From Candidatus Methanoperedenaceae archaeon (lineage in GTDB: Archaea > Halobacteriota > Methanosarcinia > Methanosarcinales > Methanoperedenaceae), in assembly GCA_963753595.1 (NCBI GenBank), contig CAVWCX010000005.1, positions 1 through 19,313 of the forward strand: a DNA stretch of 19,313 nt, in the 5' to 3' direction. The notes beneath the pieces are model-generated. The model made no database searches. It was not told the origin of the DNA and worked only from the letters and a program-made list of their open reading frames with translations. Shown here piece by piece: positions 16,519 to 19,313 of this stretch; within the stretch, counting starts at the first letter, position 1, and each line of letters opens with the position of its first letter. The translations under genes were made by a program, and so were the position numbers.

Positions 16519-17253
16519 ATGAGCACCGCTGACTTTCTGGTTCAGGGTATCATAAAAGCATTCGAACTAATATTCAGTCTGAATCCTTATATTATGAGTA
16601 TAACAGGGGTATCCATACAGGTTTCTGGCACGGCGACTACCCTTGCGACTCTGACGGCAATTCCCCTTGCGTTCGTAATATCCTTTATGAAGTTTCGGGG
16701 TAAACAGGCGCTCATAACGCTTATTAATACAGGGATGGGATTGCCCCCGGTTTTTGTAGGTCTTTTTGTTTTTTTAATGATCGTGCCTGTCGGGCCTTTA
16801 GGATTCCTGAATATAGTTTATACAAAAGAAGCAATGATACTTGCCCAGTATATTCTTATCACCCCGATAATTACTGGCATTTCTCTTGCAGCAATAAAAG
16901 CGGTCCCTAAATTAATAATAGAGACTGTATATACTCTTGGCGGCACGCAGAAAGATGCAGCTGTTGCGACATTAAAAGAAGCAAGATTCGGCATAATCAC
17001 AGCAGTACTTGCAGGACTTGGAAGGGCGCTTGCGGAAGTGGGAGCAATTCTCATTGTAGGCGGCAACATTGCCCGTACAGGAAGCGTGGGTGGAATAGGT
17101 GAAGGGCTTTCTGAGACCCGCACACTTACGACTGCGATCACATCGGAAACGAGTAAAGGTGATATCTCAACATCGATCGCTCTTGGAATTATCCTGATCT
17201 GCCTTGTTCTCTCTGTGAATATACTGGCTAACTATTTCCAGAGGAGGGATTGA
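16519..17253 (+). CDS. tupB: Tungstate ABC transporter permease
   Basis: Hydrophobic, with GLPPVFVGL, GPLG, GRALAEVGA...VGGNI, TRTLTTAI and ETSKG. Start at 16519 (GAGG upstream) or 16498. Confidence 0.9.
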   Translation: MSTADFLVQGIIKAFELIFSLNPYIMSITGVSIQVSGTATTLATLTAIPLAFVISFMKFRGKQALITLINTGMGLPPVFVGLFVFLMIVPVGPLGFLNIVYTKEAMILAQYILITPIITGISLAAIKAVPKLIIETVYTLGGTQKDAAVATLKEARFGIITAVLAGLGRALAEVGAILIVGGNIARTGSVGGIGEGLSETRTLTTAITSETSKGDISTSIALGIILICLVLSVNILANYFQRRD

Positions 17254-17982
17254 ATGGAGGAATTGTACCGAATAGAAAACCTGGGTAAATCCTTTGGAAA
17301 TAAAAAAGTATTACAAAATATCAACCTAAATATTTTCAAAGGGGAGATATTTGCTTTCATGGGGCCGAGCGGAGTTGGGAAAACCACACTGCTGCGGCTA
17401 TTGAATCTGTTGGAGATGCCCACTACCGGCAAACTTATTTTTGACGGGAATGATAATGCAACATTGCAGAAAAATAACGTTATGCGAAGGATGTCAATGC
17501 TCTTTCAAAGACCTGCGATATTTAACACATCGGTCTTTAATAATGTAGCTTATGGACTGGAGATACGCAAAGTGGATAAGAAAACAATAGAAAAAAAAGT
17601 GATCGATGCCCTGGCTATTGTGGGACTTGCAGGTTGTGAGAAACAGAAAGGCCTTACCCTTTCAGGGGGTGAGGCCCAGCGTATGGCTTTTGCGAGGGCT
17701 ATTGTCTTTAAACCTGATGTCCTTCTTCTTGATGAGCCGACAGCTAATCTTGATCCGGCTAATGTTGCGAAAATAGAAGATATAATACGAAAGATCAAAA
17801 GCGAGCTTGGCACTACGATCATCCTTGCGTCACATAATATCCATCAGGTGCGCCGCCTTGCTGACAGGGCAGGCATCCTGTTGAACGGAGAATTGATCGA
17901 AGTTAACACTAAAGAGCAGATATTCACACACCCGTTTGACGCAAGGTCTTATGCATTTATAAATGGAGAGATTATATATTGA
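17254..17982 (+). CDS. tupC: Tungstate ABC transporter ATP-binding protein
   Basis: GPSGVGKTT, LSGGEAQR, LLLDEPTANLDP and SH switch. Directly abuts tupB. Confidence 0.88.
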   Translation: MEELYRIENLGKSFGNKKVLQNINLNIFKGEIFAFMGPSGVGKTTLLRLLNLLEMPTTGKLIFDGNDNATLQKNNVMRRMSMLFQRPAIFNTSVFNNVAYGLEIRKVDKKTIEKKVIDALAIVGLAGCEKQKGLTLSGGEAQRMAFARAIVFKPDVLLLDEPTANLDPANVAKIEDIIRKIKSELGTTIILASHNIHQVRRLADRAGILLNGELIEVNTKEQIFTHPFDARSYAFINGEIIY

Positions 17983-18009
17983 TGGAACTTACTTAAAATC
18001 AAGGTCGCA

Positions 18010-18555
18010 ATGGAAAGAACACAGGTTAAGACAAAATTATGGCTTGTAAATGACAAAGATGAGCCCATAATGGGTGGGGGAAAAGTATCTTTACTTGAAG
18101 CTATTAAAGAGGAGGGTTCACTTAACAAAGCATGCAAAAAAGTCGATATATCCTATAAGCATGCATGGCTCCTCCTGAGAGAAATTGAAGAAAGCGTGGG
18201 AGAACCCGTAATAATAAAAAGACGGGGTGGAAAAGACCAGGGCACATTTTTAACAGAAAAGGCAATAAACTTAATAGATGAATATGTTACATATCAAAAT
18301 ATCCTTGCTGAAACAATCTATGATAAAACTTTCTGGGAGGTGATCGGATTGAAAATATCTGCAAGAAACCAGATGAAAGGAAAAGTACTGGAAATCGAAA
18401 AGGGGGACCTTGTGACAAAGGTAAAGATCCAGATAGAACCTGCAACGATAACTGCGGTTATCACAACTGAAGCTGTCGAATCCCTCGATATCAAGAAAAA
18501 TGATAAAGTGATGGCTATAGTAAAAGCAACAGAAGTTATGATCGGAAAGGAATGA
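18010..18555 (+). CDS. modE: ModE-family regulator (winged HTH + single TOBE domain)
   Basis: LLEAIKEEGSLNKAC...ISYKHAW...RGG wHTH, followed by TOBE ISARNQMKG...AVIT...IVKATEV. Confidence 0.9.
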   Translation: MERTQVKTKLWLVNDKDEPIMGGGKVSLLEAIKEEGSLNKACKKVDISYKHAWLLLREIEESVGEPVIIKRRGGKDQGTFLTEKAINLIDEYVTYQNILAETIYDKTFWEVIGLKISARNQMKGKVLEIEKGDLVTKVKIQIEPATITAVITTEAVESLDIKKNDKVMAIVKATEVMIGKE

Positions 18556-18563
18556 TTTTTTTT
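18556..18563 (+). terminator. Oligo-T archaeal-type terminator
   Basis: T8 directly after the modE stop, between convergent genes. Confidence 0.5.
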
Positions 18564-18598
18564 CATTGGTTCCCATAAAAAGAGAAAATCATGTGGAG

Positions 18599-19261
18599 CT
18601 AATTCAACTCCACCCGTTCTCCTGTTAACATAAAAACAACGCTTTCACACAGATTCGTTATGTGATCCCCTATCCTCTCAAGATACCTTGCAACAAAAGT
18701 CAGATGCTGTGAGCCGGTTATCTTTTTTGGATCCTCGATCATAATTGTAATAAGTTCCCTTCTAATCTGGTCAAACAGGGCATCGATCTCATCATCTCTT
18801 TTGGCGGTCTTTCTTGCAAGCTCCACATCCTTATTTTCAAAGGCGTTCATGCAATCCCTGATCATTTCCTGGCATATCTCTGTCATTCTTGGTAAATCGA
18901 CCAGCGGTTTTACAAGAGGCACATTTGCAGTCATTTTCGTAATAGCCGCTATCTCTAAAGAAAGGTCTCCCATACGTTCAAGGTCAATAGACATTTTTAA
19001 TACTGAGATTATAAGCCTCAAGTCCCTTGCCATAGGCTGCTGGAGAGCAAGAAGGCGCATACAGTTATCCTCAATCTCGCGATCAAGAGCATCTATCTCC
19101 CTGTCCATGTCAATGACTTTCTGAGCCATCTCCACATCACGATTTTTAAGAGAAAGTACAGAATTCCCTATTGCCTTTATGACAAGATTTCCCATGTTAA
19201 GTATTTCTTCCTTCAACCTGTGAAGGTCTTTGTGATACGCTTCCCGAACCATATTATCCAA
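18599..19261 (-). CDS. phoU: Phosphate signalling/uptake regulator PhoU
   Basis: Two PhoU repeats: LALQQPMARDLR...DLERMGD and DDEID...LERIGDHITNLCE. Confidence 0.95.
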   Translation of the reverse strand: MDNMVREAYHKDLHRLKEEILNMGNLVIKAIGNSVLSLKNRDVEMAQKVIDMDREIDALDREIEDNCMRLLALQQPMARDLRLIISVLKMSIDLERMGDLSLEIAAITKMTANVPLVKPLVDLPRMTEICQEMIRDCMNAFENKDVELARKTAKRDDEIDALFDQIRRELITIMIEDPKKITGSQHLTFVARYLERIGDHITNLCESVVFMLTGERVELN

Positions 19262-19313
19262 ATCTCCCGACTATGTAATCTTCCGTGCTCTTCTCCTTTG
19301 GCTTTTTAAATAT

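Noticed and set aside
6940-18600. tRNA-anchored integrative element with attR
   Set aside because: I found no duplicate of the tRNA 3' end and no integrase downstream of the tRNA.

Overview
AT-rich archaeal window, most consistent with Methanosarcinales. A Ca. Methanoperedens/ANME-2d-like origin is my inference from gene content and style. Left to right: a truncated integrase N-terminus, a vapBC pair, a ferredoxin with a CxxDxxC motif and a metallophosphoesterase. Next is a co-directional block of a LipS2-like radical SAM protein, a non-glutamate-type Glu/Leu/Phe/Val dehydrogenase, ADP-forming acyl-CoA synthetase alpha and beta, and ogt, followed by tRNA-Arg(GCG). After the tRNA lies a ~11.5 kb Mo/W region: tupA, fmdE, fmdF, fmdA' fused to 'fmdB by an apparent microhomology deletion, two accessory genes, fdhD, a repeat-rich spacer, moeA, tupB, tupC and modE, ending at a convergent phoU. 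Best observations: the CGGGGAT deletion junction in the fmd operon, two in-register promoter plus ModE-box elements, the LipS2-dehydrogenase-ACD block, two copies of an attC-like repeat, and a long hairpin with 10-bp periodicity.
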